64,000 nt of DNA, from NCBI GenBank assembly GCA_964016885.1, contig OZ024742.1:197036001-197100000 (forward strand). Reading direction: 5' to 3'. This document shows, one piece after another, positions 15,928 to 29,334 of this stretch; position 1 is the stretch's first letter, and every line of letters begins with the position of its first letter. Under the pieces are notes generated by a model. That model searched no databases, was not told the origin of the DNA, and saw only the letters and a program-made list of their open reading frames with translations. The DNA is from Eledone cirrhosa (lineage: Eukaryota). A program made the translations under genes and the position numbers.

Positions 15928-16677
15928 ATATTGTTATATTTGGGGAGGGTCATATTTGCGTAATATTGCCAGAATTATTAACAGAACACACTCACTGTTT
16001 GGTTGGTTTTCGCTTCTCGCTGTCTTTTATATATATATATCTGCGATCTAACTTACTCGGTCCTCAATGTTGCCATTGACTGACCGGCGGTCAAAAATAA
16101 TACAGATACAATATAGACACAAACACATATATATAGTTTACATAATTTACATAAATCTTTCGTTGCACATCTGCAACATCGTCAGTGGTGTTATATCCAT
16201 TGTTCCTCCTGTTGTGTTGTATGTCTACGCCATTTTTTTTTGTTCAGTCTGTCTATATATTTATTTATTTATTTGCTTGTTTGTTTATCTTATTTTATTT
16301 TATTAAATAAAATAAGATAAACAAACAAGCAAATAAATAAATAAATATATAGACAGACCGAACAAAAAAAAATGGCGTAGACATACAACACAACAGGAGG
16401 AACAATGAATATAACACCACTGACGATGTTGCAGATGTGCAACGAAAGATTTATGTAAATTATGTAAACTATATATATGTGTTTGTGTCTATATTGTATC
16501 TGTATTATTTTTGACCACCGGTCAGTCAATGGCAACATTGAGGACCGAGTAAGTTAGATCGCAGATATATATATATAAAAGACAGCGAGAAGCGAAAACC
16601 AACCAAACAGTGAGTGTGTTCTGTTATTAATTCTGGCAATATTACGCAAATATGACCCTCCCCAAATATAACAATAT
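15928..16677. repeat. 750-bp near-perfect palindrome: two inverted copies of hammerhead-element family B
   Basis: Arms 15928-16300 and 16305-16677 with a 4-nt loop and about 4 mismatches seen. Each arm has a CTGACGA-tgttgc/gcaac-GAAA core. Confidence 0.92.
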
Positions 16678-16736
16678 CTGTTTCGACACACGATTTCATA
16701 TAAAAAACCTCGCAAAACTAATTCATCGCCGCTATG

Positions 16737-16771
<35 letters not shown>

Positions 16772-16828
16772 GTATATATGTATATATATATGTATATATG
16801 TATATATATATGTATATATGTATATATG

Positions 16829-16927
<99 letters not shown>

Positions 16928-16996
16928 GTATATATATATGTATATATATATATGTATATATGTATTTGGATTTAATGCTCTGAAATAGCGATATAT

Positions 16997-17213
16997 ATGT
17001 GAAGACAAACATAGAATATTCGAAAATATTCTGTATGTTTATAATAAACATTTTGAAGACCCAATCGCTATAGAATAGATACGTCACGTATTACAATTTG
17101 AGATTCTCGATAAAAGCAAGGGAAGTAATCTACGCGTTTCATTCTTATTAGAAATCATCAAAATGTTTATTATAAACATACAGAATATTTTCGAATATTC
17201 TATGTTTGTCTTC
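16997..17213 (-). mobile_element. Short fold-back element with a degenerate hammerhead
   Basis: About 17001-17056 is inverted at about 17158-17213. Minus strand 17128-17164 reads att TTGATGA t ttct-aata-agaa t GAAAC GC GTA gat. Confidence 0.6.
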
Positions 17214-17228
17214 GTATATATGTATATA

Positions 17229-17275
<47 letters not shown>

Positions 17276-18067
17276 GTATGTATATATATATACATATACA
17301 TATATACATATATATATATATTATATATATATAAAATGTATGTGAGTGTGTGAATACATATATATATATAGAGAGAGAGGGAGGGAGAGAATAAGGAAAA
17401 TGCAAAGTTCGGTTTATTAAATATGCTTTATTAACAAACCTGTAATACATATTCAATGAGGAACGTGGCTACGTGATTGTTCAATAATAAAACTCGTTAT
17501 GCGATATCATCAGACAACATCGTATGCAATAAGGTTAAGTTTGCGAGGCAATCCAGTTTGAAGACAAGGGATCGGACTTCGGCTATGATAACATAATTTC
17601 TGTCCGTTCCTCTTGTTACATTGGATTGCCTCGGAAACGTAACCTTATTACATACGTTGCTGTCTGATGATATCGCTTGACTAGTTATATGATTGAACAA
17701 TCACGTATCCACGATCACCATTGAACTATGTACCACAGCTTTGTTAATAAAGGAATCTTTAACATCCACACCGAACTTCGCATTTTCCTTACTCTACATA
17801 TACTCCGTCACTGACTGACAAATCATATTTGGAAGAAAATACATAACATTGCGTGCTTAAGCCTCTCTTTCTTTCAGTCTCTTCCTGTCTCCGGTCTTCC
17901 GCTCAACATGTCGTTATACTTTAACTCGAAGTTATATATATATAAAATAAAGTACCAGTAATACACTGGGTAATTGCTGGCCTTGTGCCTAACGTAGAAA
18001 CAGTTATATATATATATATTATATGTGTGTGTGTGTATGTGTGTGTGTGTTTATATATATATATATA

Positions 18068-18236
18068 TAGGAAAATGTATGACCCCGACGGCAGATTTCA
18101 GTACAGCAATAGCCGTCGAAACGGCTTGAGCTCTACTGTCGGGGTCATACATTTTCCTATTACCCACTCTACTACCCTAAGTATTGAGTACGCTGGTGCG
18201 TTATGGTCCATCTGGTTCCTTACCACAACTCCTTCG

Positions 18237-18239
<3 letters not shown>
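18068..18239 (+). mobile_element. Short fold-back element, family C (also 34108-34246, 34960-35153, 39882-40022)
   Basis: Four homologous copies, all ending ccttcgtta next to (TA)n. Inverted arms are present in the 18068 and 34960 copies. Confidence 0.75.
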
Positions 18240-18286
<47 letters not shown>

Positions 18287-18321
18287 TTATATTTATATAC
18301 ATATATACATCTATATATTTA

Positions 18322-18621
18322 TGTCACGTCACTCTTCAGCGTTACTGGTAAGATGTAACCCAGTACAACCTGTGCACTGTACATGATCGGGTCGTCGGCG
18401 ACTAAACCGGCAACCCCACCAAACTTGCTGGGTGTGGAGGGTGATTTTGGACACCCTGCGGAATGAAAAACAAAACCCATCAAAAGGCGGAGTAACTGAG
18501 GAGAGTCAACGGCCATCTAATAAACTTTGTTTTTGTGGAACGAGAGATTCCCAGTCTTCATTAAGACATCTCTCTAGGATAAGGTGACTCTGATATAAAA
18601 CCTGCGACATCGTTTGCAGCC
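18322..18621 (+). mobile_element. RTE-derived short element (5' part)
   Basis: Homologous to about 985-1265. Confidence 0.7.
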
Positions 18622-18670
<49 letters not shown>

Positions 18671-19280
18671 AAGAGAGCGGTAGAACACTGGAAGGTAATA
18701 TCCGTAGTGGTAGAGCACTTAATTGTTCTCGATATGGTGAACTAACTGTTGTGTTACCACTTCTATATATATATATATAATATACCATATTTTTCTATTA
18801 TGTATTATTATGTTCTATTATTTATGATTAATGTTGAAATTATTTCACAAGAGTATTAAATTCAACTCACCCATCCCACTACATTTAATAATAGTTACAG
18901 TTTCAAGTGGCTAATAGTTTCTGGAAGGAAATTATGAGGCTATATACAATGACTTAAAAAGGGGAGTCCTAAATAACACTGGGTAATGTTAAACAGAAAT
19001 TCAATACATGCGTTGAATAAGAAACAGCAGCATATTGGGTAGAGCATATGATATGAGAAGATGCTAGCGAAGCTAATTTCTCGGCTGGTAGATGAAAACT
19101 TGTGTAGGAGATGAATTATTTTAGACTATTTTTGAAGTTGTCTAACATTACTAAATTACATTGCAGGGTTTTCTTTTGTACATCAATGAGATAAAAGTTA
19201 ATAAACAAATGTAGTTTTAAGGATGTCGGTTTATAAGCCTAACCTATTTTGCCATTATATATATATATATATATACATAC

Positions 19281-19365
<85 letters not shown>

Positions 19366-20673
19366 TAACATAGGAAACGGAGAATCAGTGGTGCGACGAA
19401 TTAGAAATTATTAGACATATTACAATATATATATATATATATATACGTGTGTGTGTTTGTATTGTGCATTTGTCTATATGTATATTATGCATGTTTGTGC
19501 ATATATGTATGTGTGTGTATTGTGTCCATGTGTATATATATATGTGTGTGCATTGCGCATGTGTATATATATGTAATTATTGTGCATATGTATGCATATA
19601 TAGGTATGTGTATGAGTGTATATATGTGTCTATTATGCACGTGTGTGTATGTGTGCGTGCGTTTGTGTGTGCGTGCATTGCGCATGTGTATATATATGTA
19701 TATATTGAGCATGTGTGTGTATGTGTATATTGTGCCTGCGTGTGTGTATGTGTGTATTTAAAACCGAAATCTTAGGAAGAATGTCAGTGTTTAAACCTTA
19801 CTCACGGCCCTATTCCCTTCACCAAAGGAATTTTGTCTATGAAAGCAACGCTATCTGTAGACAATGTATTAATAAAATAGTTGATTGTAATCAACATTAG
19901 GAGTGTGTAACATTATCTTGCTCCCTGCATCTGACTATGTAATCTTTATAATCTTTCCAAAATATATTTGTAAGTTAGCCATGAGATGTATAGTTATATA
20001 GAACGAAGGATTTGAACAGGCAACTCTAGTAATTTCATTGAAACGAACACATGTGTTGCATGTTGGATTGTATCGCCCATCTTTAATTATTTCTATCCAT
20101 GGCAGAAGAGAACTAGAAACAATAACATGAAAAATAATAACATGGGAAATGTTTTCATGTTATTATTTTAAATTGCCTCATCAGTGAATGTTTTTAAGGC
20201 AAAGCCTTTATCCTCTGTCATTCTAAGTTCTGGTATGTTATTGTAAGACTATATTTCATTGTAGAAGTAAACTGAGACAGAACATGCAAAGAATTATCAT
20301 TAACGTTAATAATATTTCTTTTCCTCGCGATTTAGATCGACTAAAATACTTTTTGATTTACTCTATTCGCATTCTTGACTTGGTCGAAAGTTTTGCTGAT
20401 GTCGAGAGCAATATCATTGTTTTCCCCAAATGTCTCTAAGGCGAGAGCTAACTAGTAAGAGTCTGTGAAAGACTGTAACTATTTTTTCTATATAACTTAG
20501 TTGTAAATACCAACTTTGATATTTCTAAATCATTTAAAATTGGTTGGAAAGAGACTTCATGTCTAACTTCAGTCTCTCGAGTTTAAACTGATACATTCTC
20601 ATTCTCTCGAAAAGCAATTATTTTTTAGTTCAAAGGAATTGATATGTTGTTTAAGAGACATTATCTTCTATGA

Positions 20674-20853
20674 ATTGGCAGTATCGGTAGAGGGTTGGAC
20701 GCCATGCTTTCTAGCATAGTTACGTCCCTTTACAGTCTGAATTCAAATCCCGCCGAGATTAACTTTGCCTTTCATCCTTACGGGGTCGATAAAATAAAGT
20801 ACCAGTAATGTACTGGGTATTTGATGGCCTTGTGCCTAAAGTAGAAACAATTA
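20674..20853 (+). mobile_element. tRNA-derived SINE, family 1
   Basis: Matches the 2080-2268 family. Confidence 0.85.
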
Positions 20854-21604
20854 TCTTCTATTTCAAGCTCCAATAACGATGTTTTGCATCTTTGCAGTAT
20901 TTTAGTGGATTTTCGTGACTAATTGTTGAAAGATTTCAAAGAATTGATTCAACGATTTAGTTTTAATTATCTGTTGGTTGATAGTTTCTTGTGTAGGTTA
21001 GACTCACGTATGATATATGAACCCAAGTAGCATAGCATTTCATATTCCATTTAGGTTTCATGTCTAATGTTTATTGTTGGTGTTGAGTATCGCATTATTG
21101 AAGCGGGTGGCATGCGAGTATAGCAATAAACTACTTTCATAGCTTGACATTGTAATACTGAACTGAAAATTATGTGTAACTCTATGTTACTTATTAAAAT
21201 AATATAAATGCTTCTTTTTGTTTTATTCTTTAATATATCATAATTGATATCCCGGCGTTTTTCAAACAGTAATGTTTGCTAAATGCTCGGAGCCTGTATT
21301 CAAAACAACAGGGAAATAAAAAAAAGAATACTTTACGAATATTTAGTATCTCAAGATACAGATCCGCCTTCAAAAAGGAGATTTATAACGAAAGGCTTTC
21401 CAGCCGTGATCTTTCCATCTTTTATCATATTCCACCATCAAAGGTATATGTTATTAACACGGCTGTTGTACAATTTAAGGAAGGTTTGGCTAACATTTCT
21501 AGAAGCTGAACGTTGATATATAGACATTAGGGTAGATTTGTGTGACGTTTTAGTGATTAACAATGTAATACTTACAAATCTTTGTCGCTAGTTTAATAAT
21601 AATG

Positions 21605-21797
21605 ATTTATAGTTAAGGCACAAGGCCAGTAATTTGGGGGGAGTGGAAAGTCGATTAAATCGACCCCAGTACGTTACTGGTGCTTCATTTTATCGACCCC
21701 GTAAGGATGAAAGGCAAAGTTAACCTTGGCGGGATTTGAACTCAGAACGTAAAGGTCCGTAACTCTATGCCGCTAAGCATATTGTCCAACACTTCGC
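21605..21797 (-). mobile_element. tRNA-derived SINE, family 1
   Basis: Reverse-complement match. Confidence 0.85.
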
Positions 21798-21846
21798 TAG
21801 TTTAATAATAATAAAAACATACACACAAGGCATAAGTACAACTTAC

Positions 21847-22069
21847 CTTCTTTGCTCTATTAAACGTTAATTTCGCCATTCTCCCGTTTGTACTTTTGTA
21901 GTAAAACTCAACTGTTTTTGTCTCCCCATTAATTCTAACGCCGAGTTGGGGTCGATTATTGGGATCTACGATTTTGACTAAATTCCATTTAGCTTTTCTC
22001 GTAGGTCCTCTCATCATAAACGTACTGATTAATGAAAACTGCTCCGGTAATCCTTTTGGAAATAAGGCA
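21847..22069 (-). CDS. Collagen IX/FACIT-like gene exon, TSPN domain (ALFPKGLPEQFSLISTFMMRG...KLTFNRAKK)
   Basis: ttttctacag|T GCC TTA ... AAG AAG|gtaagt. 223 nt, phase 2-0. LFPxGLPExFS and QLGVRING motifs of TSPN/LamG. Confidence 0.93.
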
Positions 22070-22224
22070 CTGTAGAAAAAGGGAGAAGAAGTAACACAGC
22101 AAATAAGACGGAAACATCATAAGAAAATAATTATTTGATTCGGAAAGAATAACTGCAATAGAGAGAAAATGGTAAAAAAAGAAACAAAATGTAGTATTAG
22201 AGGCAGTGTAAACCAAATACGAAT

Positions 22225-22522
22225 ATGTGGTAAGGATATTCGGTTCACAATCGTAAGGTCGTGTGTTCGATTCCCGGTGGCGCATTGTTTCCTTGAGCAA
22301 GACACTTTATTTCACATTGCTCCAGTCCACTCAGCTGGCAAAAATGAGTTGTACCTGTAATTAGAGGGCCCCACTTTGTCACATTCTGTGTCACGCTGTA
22401 TCTCCCTGAGAACTTTGTTAAGGGTATGCGTGTCTGTGGAATGCTCAGTCACTTTCACGTTAATTTTACGAGCAGGCTGTTCTGTTGATCGTATGAATTG
22501 GAACACTCGCCGAGTGCCAGTT
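22225..22522 (+). mobile_element. tRNA-derived SINE, family 2 (also 50416-50712 +, 51200-51495 -, 54250-54505 -, 59435-59555 +, 63160-63440 -)
   Basis: Head cacgatcgtaaggtcgtg.gttcgattcc and core tccttgagcaagacactttatttcac.ttgctccagtccactcagctg. Confidence 0.8.
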
Positions 22523-22556
22523 ATAAACCAAATATTGTTTTAACACGGAAGAAATA

Positions 22557-22587
<31 letters not shown>

Positions 22588-23259
22588 AATGTGTATATGC
22601 GTGTATGTGATGTCTATTCGATCGAAATGATGCTTTTGTATAGTGTTCGTTCATTTGTTTGTATGTATGTATGTGCGTGTATGTATGTATGTGCGTGTAT
22701 GTATGTTAATCTTATAAATGTGTGTGTGTGTGTGTATGTATGTATGTGTCTATGTTAATCTTGTGTGTGTGTGTGTGAGATTGATAAAATAAGTAAAGGA
22801 AGAAAAAAAATATAGTTTGTGTTTATTCGATCGACCACACCTTAGAAAACTGTGCCCCAGCATGGCTGTAGCTCTATATAACTAAAACCAATCAATCATA
22901 AAGGCTCAGAAATATAAAACACGGCGATTGAAAAATATTGCTGTTCTTGACTTCAAAACCCGATTCTATTACTAATAAAGTTGTCGCACTTTGTGGTGAA
23001 CTGCCCCCCACCCCCACACATTTTTCTTCTTTTTTTAAAAGTATTTTTTATCTCTCTTTTATGCGTTTATATTTGTATATATCATTTGTGTTTTCGTTCT
23101 GTAAGCTTTATAATATATTTTTATACAACTGTGAATAAAAGATTTTATATCTTAAAGTTAGGTAGAAAATTTGAGAAGTCATAAAATTTTAAATGAAGCT
23201 TATAATTTTGAATTGTAAACGGAATATTATAATTTTCTAGACAGATATACTAATATGGA

Positions 23260-24068
23260 TTTCTAAATTAATTATTAGGAGAGGAAGTTTGGAGGAAACG
23301 GTGAAGTCGATTAAATCAACCCCAGTACTTCACTGATACTTTATTTTATCGAGCTCGGGAGGATGAACGGCAAAGTTAACCCCGACGGGATTTGAACTCA
23401 AAATACCAACAGTCAGAACAAATACTGAAATTGTCTTTTATCTGGCGCTCTACCAATTTTGTAAATCCACCACTCTTCAGATATACTAATATTAATATTG
23501 AAAATATCTCAATAGAAAAAGATGGAGATTAATTCTTTCTAACATTGACACGCGGTCACACATTTGAAGGAACGGGAAAGTCGATTATATCGACCCAGTA
23601 CTTAACTGGTATCTTATTTCATTGATCCCTGAAGGGCGAAAGGCAAAGTACTCATAACTGAATACCGCAAAGCATTTTGTCTGACGCTCTACCAATCCTA
23701 CCAATACACCGCTCTCAAATATGGAAATAAACAAAATCAGTATCGGAAGGCGCCGTTAGAACATCAGATAGAATGCTCTGCGGTACTCATTCCGGTTCTC
23801 TGCCCTCAGTTCAAATCCCGCCGAGGGTGACTTTGCCTTTTATCCTTTCGAAGTCAATAAAAAAAGAACCAGACCAGTACATGGGTCAGTTTCTTCTCTA
23901 TATTTCTTTCTCACTTCATCTCTATTTCTAGGTCTTTCCTTTTCCAGAAGAACTCGGCTGTGTTCAGACTTGGAGAGGGATAAACTCCGTCACCTTTAAT
24001 ATGCCCAAGAAACGCTGTATGTCGTCACTAGGGAGCCGCTACCACTTCGCCAGGAGTTACGAGTTCAT
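23260..24068. mobile_element. Cluster of diverged family-1 SINEs (two minus, one plus with a long 3' extension shared with 55545-55880 and 58725-59045)
   Basis: Core gcctttcatcct..gtcgataaaa motifs on both strands and a shared extension ending ggagttacgagt.cat. Confidence 0.7.
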
Positions 24069-24115
24069 GCATGCATGTATGTCAGTATCGATAAGTGAAG
24101 CTGAGAAACACAAAC

Positions 24116-24248
24116 CTTGTGGGAATACGTAAATTGCTGCCTTCTGTTATCTTATAAGCCACCTGTAGAGCATTGCTGCCCCGCGTTCGATGTACACCAG
24201 GAATATCTGTTCTTGTGTCTAATTCATATGTCGATATAAAATCGAATG
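24116..24248 (-). CDS. Collagen IX/FACIT-like gene exon, TSPN domain (AFDFISTYELDTRTDIPGVHRTRGSNALQVAYKITEGSNLRIPTS)
   Basis: atttgcag|CA TTC GAT ... CCC ACA AG|gtttgt. 133 nt, phase 1-2, in frame with both neighbours. FDxIS, GSxxLQVAYK and RIPT motifs are typical of NC4/TSPN. Confidence 0.92.
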
Positions 24249-25866
24249 CTGCAAATATAGAGTAGAAAATATATTTAGATAGAACTATAAATCAGATAAA
24301 GTTTCGTTTATGGTAATTGAAGATAATTTTAATGAAAATTTGAGATGTGCTGAAATGAAAACAATGCGTTTTTGCTAGTTTTAGCGCGAAAACCTTATTA
24401 ACACAATCCGGTATTAATTAACATAAAATTGTGATAAAATAGTATTATGAGGAGAAATAATTGTTTTAAATTCGGAGCTGACACAATGTAAATTCGTCAG
24501 AACGAACGGTGAACTGGGTGAATAAATAACTTCTTTTCTTTATCCTTCTTTTCTGACCAAGTGAAATGGGGAAGATCAACGATCACGGCGTTGTACAAGG
24601 ATTCCGAGGCTTGTGAGACGAAGTTGTACTCACATAGGAACAAAACGTAATTTGGAAACATTACTAAATGTTCCTTGAAATTTCGACGCATTTTAAACAG
24701 TGTTTTGCGGGCATATAGAGGAAGTGGTGCCGAGAGTCGGTATGCCTGAGCTGGGCAGTGGGGTGAGTTCCTGTTGGCCTATAAAATGGCTCAAATAGGT
24801 TGTGTTTATCAACCGAGCAAACTTCCTCCCATGCGTCCGCGTCGCGGCACAGGTTTCACCAAATTGGGTTGGGTGTGAAAGTGAGAGCTCGGTGCTATAC
24901 CCGAGCAATGTTTGGATTACAAGGCTGGACACCGCTTGTGAAACCAATCACCAAAGGATCTTCATTTAAATGAATTTACACCGTGCATTCGTTCGAGAGA
25001 GTCGGCTCAACGTCACCATAAATAAAAGTAAGTATATAGAGGAAGCAAATATTTTGAGTGAAAGGTGTCATGATGACTCAACTAAACCGTCTGCAACGGA
25101 AGAAAAGTTGGGTTTTTGTGATTTTAAGCTTCATCGTAGATATATCTAATTTCATTAATTAAATTTTAATCCTTGTAAAGAAAAGTCTTAAATTTGATGC
25201 TAACGTATTTCCTTGTATTAGTTAAAACTATTTAGATTTAATGAGTCATTACTGAAATGTCAAAGTCAATGACAGATAGCGGTTGATCATGTTCCATAGG
25301 CTTTTCATTACACATAATAACTACATTAATTACTCTAAGTATTACTAACCACTTTTTCTACAGAGTATGGACACACATATATATACAGAAGATCCCGTTA
25401 AGAGTGAAAGCAGCAATTCTTTACTTAAACTTTAATCTGTTATTTTAATATATATATATGTATGTATGTAGAATCCCTATGTAAGTGGGGAGGTGACCAC
25501 TGTTAAAAAAGGTACTTAATACGTTACTAGAATATAGGCATATTCTTTCTATTATAGAAATTACTTCTAGAAGACTAGAGTTGTTTCATTCGTAAGAAAT
25601 CATATTTCTTATATCTATATGTAAATAGCTATTAGAAATCTGAAAGAACTTATCTGAAGGCTCGTCAAAATATTTTTATTGTAAAGCCCGTTAAAACGCC
25701 AATAATTTCTTATATATTGTTCCTTATACATTAGTTGGGGTCAAATGCATGAATATGAGGTCACAGTAGACCAACATTTATCAGTATTTTTCAGTAGGGA
25801 GCTTCTTTCCGCCTACCCTGTATAAAATAACTGAAAATAGTAACTAACAAAAAATTGTTACTGTAC

Positions 25867-25920
25867 CTGGTATGTCATCATATGATCCCAAATTCTCTGG
25901 ACATACTTCATCAAAACCCT
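25867..25920 (-). CDS. Collagen IX/FACIT-like gene exon (GFDEVCPENLGSYDDIP)
   Basis: cttttactttcag|AG GGT TTT ... ATA CCA G|gtacag. 54 nt, phase 1-1. The CP-x-DDxP motif resembles the start of the collagen IX NC4 domain. Confidence 0.88.
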
Positions 25921-26399
25921 CTGAAAGTAAAAAGAATGATATAGATATTAGAATGAGAATTAGTATAGTCCATAACGGAATTGTTAAAAATTATTGTAAC
26001 AGTGTTTAGTTATTCCAGTCAAATGCATGCTGAAGTGAATTTAACCCGAGAAACTCCATTGCATATAAACAGAAACTTTCTGTTGGGACATTCTCAGAAA
26101 CTGAAATATCTTTAAGCATTATTCTCGAAACCAAATTTGGTTGTAAAACTTTCACCGATTGGTCAACTACAGAGGAAAAATTTCTTAAAAAGTATTCTCT
26201 TTTATTAATCCAAATATTCCAAGATTTTTCTATAAATTTCCAGAAAATGATCAACAAACGGATGCTCATTTCGTATTCCGAATAGAGAAATAAAGGTTGT
26301 CTAGTTGCTGTTTGACGCATGAAAGAAAAAAAAAATTGACCTAAAATTAGGTCATATATACCGACCTAGATTTTTCTGTTAAGTATAGCCCCCCCCACC

Positions 26400-26435
<36 letters not shown>

Positions 26436-26934
26436 TATATATATATATAAAAAATAGCTTTATCGCTCTACATGACTGAAAACAATAACTGTAATCTGAG
26501 TTTTTCGAATATTAATAATATTCGATTCGTTTGCAATTATCCAAACAGCCTCTATAAGCCATGTCAGAAGAATGACCCTCGACATTATTGCTCTTGTGTT
26601 GGCATGTAAACAGAACTGCAGATATTAATGTTTCTGGGTGATTATCTTTCATCAGTACAGTATACTACTTACCTGCCAACTGTCAGAGCTAGTGAGAATA
26701 TATGATATTTTCTAAATTATATAGTGACTGATCGGCTTGATTTGCATATTAGCAGACTGACCGATCAGTCAAATCTGCATATTAGCAGACCCACTGATAA
26801 GCTAGATTTGCATATCAGCAGATAGGCTAATCGGTTTCATGTACACGAGGGATTAATGGCCGGCTTTGCCATATTCAAATAACTAACAAATAGTTTATTG
26901 CTCTTCATGTCTTAATACAATAAATGTAAGTTTT

Positions 26935-26977
<43 letters not shown>

Positions 26978-27436
26978 CAGGCTGACCTGCCTCAGAAGAA
27001 TTTCTATAGACTTTCGACTGGGGAATGGTCGGTCAACTGACGAATGGGATACGAGCGTGTCCTCTGACGCCGAAATTCGTTTGTTCTAGCTCATATGATT
27101 CCAGTTCCTCGGAGGAATAACAACACACACAGGAGCTGGACATATCGATGTATTGACAGTGGAACACACTTCAACAACATGTGTACCTGTCTTTTCCACA
27201 CCAATTCGAACTGTCTGAAGTGGTCACAGCCAATAATATCTGTCACCGAAATATATATACCAGAACATTATAATTTATAATAAACCAATCCAAATTTTAC
27301 ATGTTTGACTTACTTATTTTACATTACTCCGGAGTAAACAAACCAACCTGCGTACCCCGTCGAGTGCTCCAATCTGCATATTGAGATGTCGGTAAACAAC
27401 CAACATATATTCCAAATTTATATATATATATATATA

Positions 27437-27647
27437 GTAAAGGCGCTGAGCTGACCAGCCGCAGATATGAGCCTCACGAGTTCGAATGGCTCTTTCAGCG
27501 CATCTCCCTTACCATCCTCCGGGGAAATGCCTTCTCCATCCTGTCCGCCGGGGCCGAGGCTGTGGGGAGGCCATTTGCTCACCATACGGATTAATAGGCA
27601 AAGTTATAAACCATTGTAAATAAACCTATTTAATACTTTTAAAAAAA
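27437..27647 (+). mobile_element. 3' end of a CRE-clade (RLE-type) non-LTR retrotransposon
   Basis: Translates KGAELTSRRYEPHEFEWLFQRISLTILRGNAFSILSA..., the LxQRxSxxxxRGNA C-terminal motif. TAA at 27617, AATAAA, then an A7 tail. The 5' end abuts (TA)n. Confidence 0.75.
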
Positions 27648-27851
27648 TGATGACAGTTATGTTTCAGTGTACGCCATGACGTAATCATAATCCAAGATAT
27701 AGAGCAGCTTAAGTCTGTAGGGCGAGTTTGAGTATAATTATTAAGGCCAGGTACTACAACGGCGCCATACCAGGAGCGTTCGTTTCGTTGGTCCTGAGAA
27801 CCAACTTTTTCAACCTGTACCGATGAAAATGAATCGGTTCATTTTCATAAG

Positions 27852-28037
27852 GGCGGTGGATTGGCAGTATCGGTAGAGTGTCTGACGCCATGCTTTGCTG
27901 CAAAGAGTTACGGCCCTTTATGGTCTGAGTTCAAATCCCGCCGAGGTTAATTTTACCTTTCATCCTTACTGGGTCGATAAAATAAAGTAACAGTAATGCA
28001 CTAGGATAATTGCTGGCCTTGTCCCAAAAGTAGAAAC

Positions 28038-28042
<5 letters not shown>
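27852..28042 (+). mobile_element. tRNA-derived SINE, family 1
   Basis: Full-length match. Confidence 0.85.
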
Positions 28043-28103
<61 letters not shown>

Positions 28104-28106
<3 letters not shown>

Positions 28107-28370
28107 ATGATATTAAATAAATGGAAACTATATTTATAAAACCATATTTATTCTATTATATATATTTCAAGGGGACCAAAAACTTTGGTACGCTTTCATC
28201 AGATAAAATACAAAGTGTGTCTTATAAATTTTGACATAGCCAAGGATATGGTTTTATAAATATAGTTTCCATTTATTTAATATCATTGAATATTTACGCC
28301 AGAAAACTGTCGAGTGCTCTGAATCAGTTATAAACATTTATATTTGTTGAATTTCCAACAAATTAAAGAG
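28104..28370. mobile_element. Fold-back hammerhead element, family D
   Basis: About 28104-28147 is inverted at about 28246-28288. Minus strand 28153-28206 reads ttat CTGATGA aag..ctt GAAA T ATAT ATA atag. Homologous to 33287-33715. Confidence 0.72.
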
Positions 28371-28719
28371 AAGAAAAGTCAAATATTTCAAATTATTAAA
28401 ATGAGTATGCAAATGAGGTTGAGGTATAGGGCTGAAAGAAACGTTATTTTTATACGCTACGTAGATTTAAATAATTATTAGGATATATGTATGTATGTGT
28501 AGGAAGAAGAAAGAGAAAGAAAGAAAAGCTTGTATTTACGTGAATTTAAAAAGAATTAACAGTTTGTAGGAATGGTGGTTTGGAATTAACAGTTTGGATG
28601 AAGTGTTGTATGTGTCTCTCTATTTCTTAAAATTAAATAGAAAACATGAATGGAATAGCAACATCACAACTTACAGTTAAGGACAAAAGGAAAACACACA
28701 CACACATAGAACAAACAAC

Positions 28720-29075
28720 CAACTAGTAACATGTAAATAAACAAATAAATAAACAAATAAAAACACACACAGATACCCGGATGTAACGCATGCGCAAACT
28801 AAGCACACAACACACAAACAAACAAGATGGCGTAGGACAGAACAAAGGAGAGGCACAAAACAAAGAAAAGAATCCCCAGTCACTGAAGAGGTCACAGAAT
28901 GTGCGACGAAAGAACTTTGACAATATATGAACAACCGTCCGGTTGTGGAACCAACCAACCGACCGTAAATTTACAAATTTCTAAAATTTCTAAATTTAAT
29001 TTATAATAAATTGGAGTGAATGCAACTGAACTGGTGCGTGTGTTTCTTATTGGCAACATGAACCTCCCAAAGTAT

Positions 29076-29080
<5 letters not shown>
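28720..29080 (+). mobile_element. Hammerhead element related to family B
   Basis: GTCA CTGAAGA g gtcacagaatgtgcgac GAAAG AA CTT TGAC at 28879-28921. The end aacctcccaaagtataacaa+(TA)n is shared with about 16655 and about 52388. Confidence 0.72.
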
Positions 29081-29128
<48 letters not shown>

Positions 29129-29244
29129 CATATATATATACAGATATATATATGTATGTATATATATATATACATATATACATACATATATATATATATG
29201 TATATATATATATACATACATATATATATCTGTATATATATATG

Positions 29245-29314
<70 letters not shown>

Positions 29315-29334
29315 ATATGTATATATATATACAT

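Noticed and set aside
15954-16651. Mirror ORFs MLPLTDR...
   Set aside because: A by-product of the palindrome, with no protein motifs.
20375-20450. RT-like peptide ALDISKTFDQV on the minus strand
   Set aside because: Too short and degenerate to delimit an element.
24690-24960. GC-richer island with TATAAAA and CCAAT-like words and an 84-aa ORF
   Set aside because: The motif order and orientation do not form a coherent promoter, and the ORF has no recognisable motif.
26739-26822. CRISPR-like repeat-spacer array
   Set aside because: Only three short units with related spacers, in a eukaryotic intron with no cas genes.
27033-27085. Additional hammerhead-like cores (also near 3150, 7398, 34762, 49699, 49870, 52795)
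   Set aside because: Only half the core is present or stem I does not pair, so they are probably decayed and were not counted.
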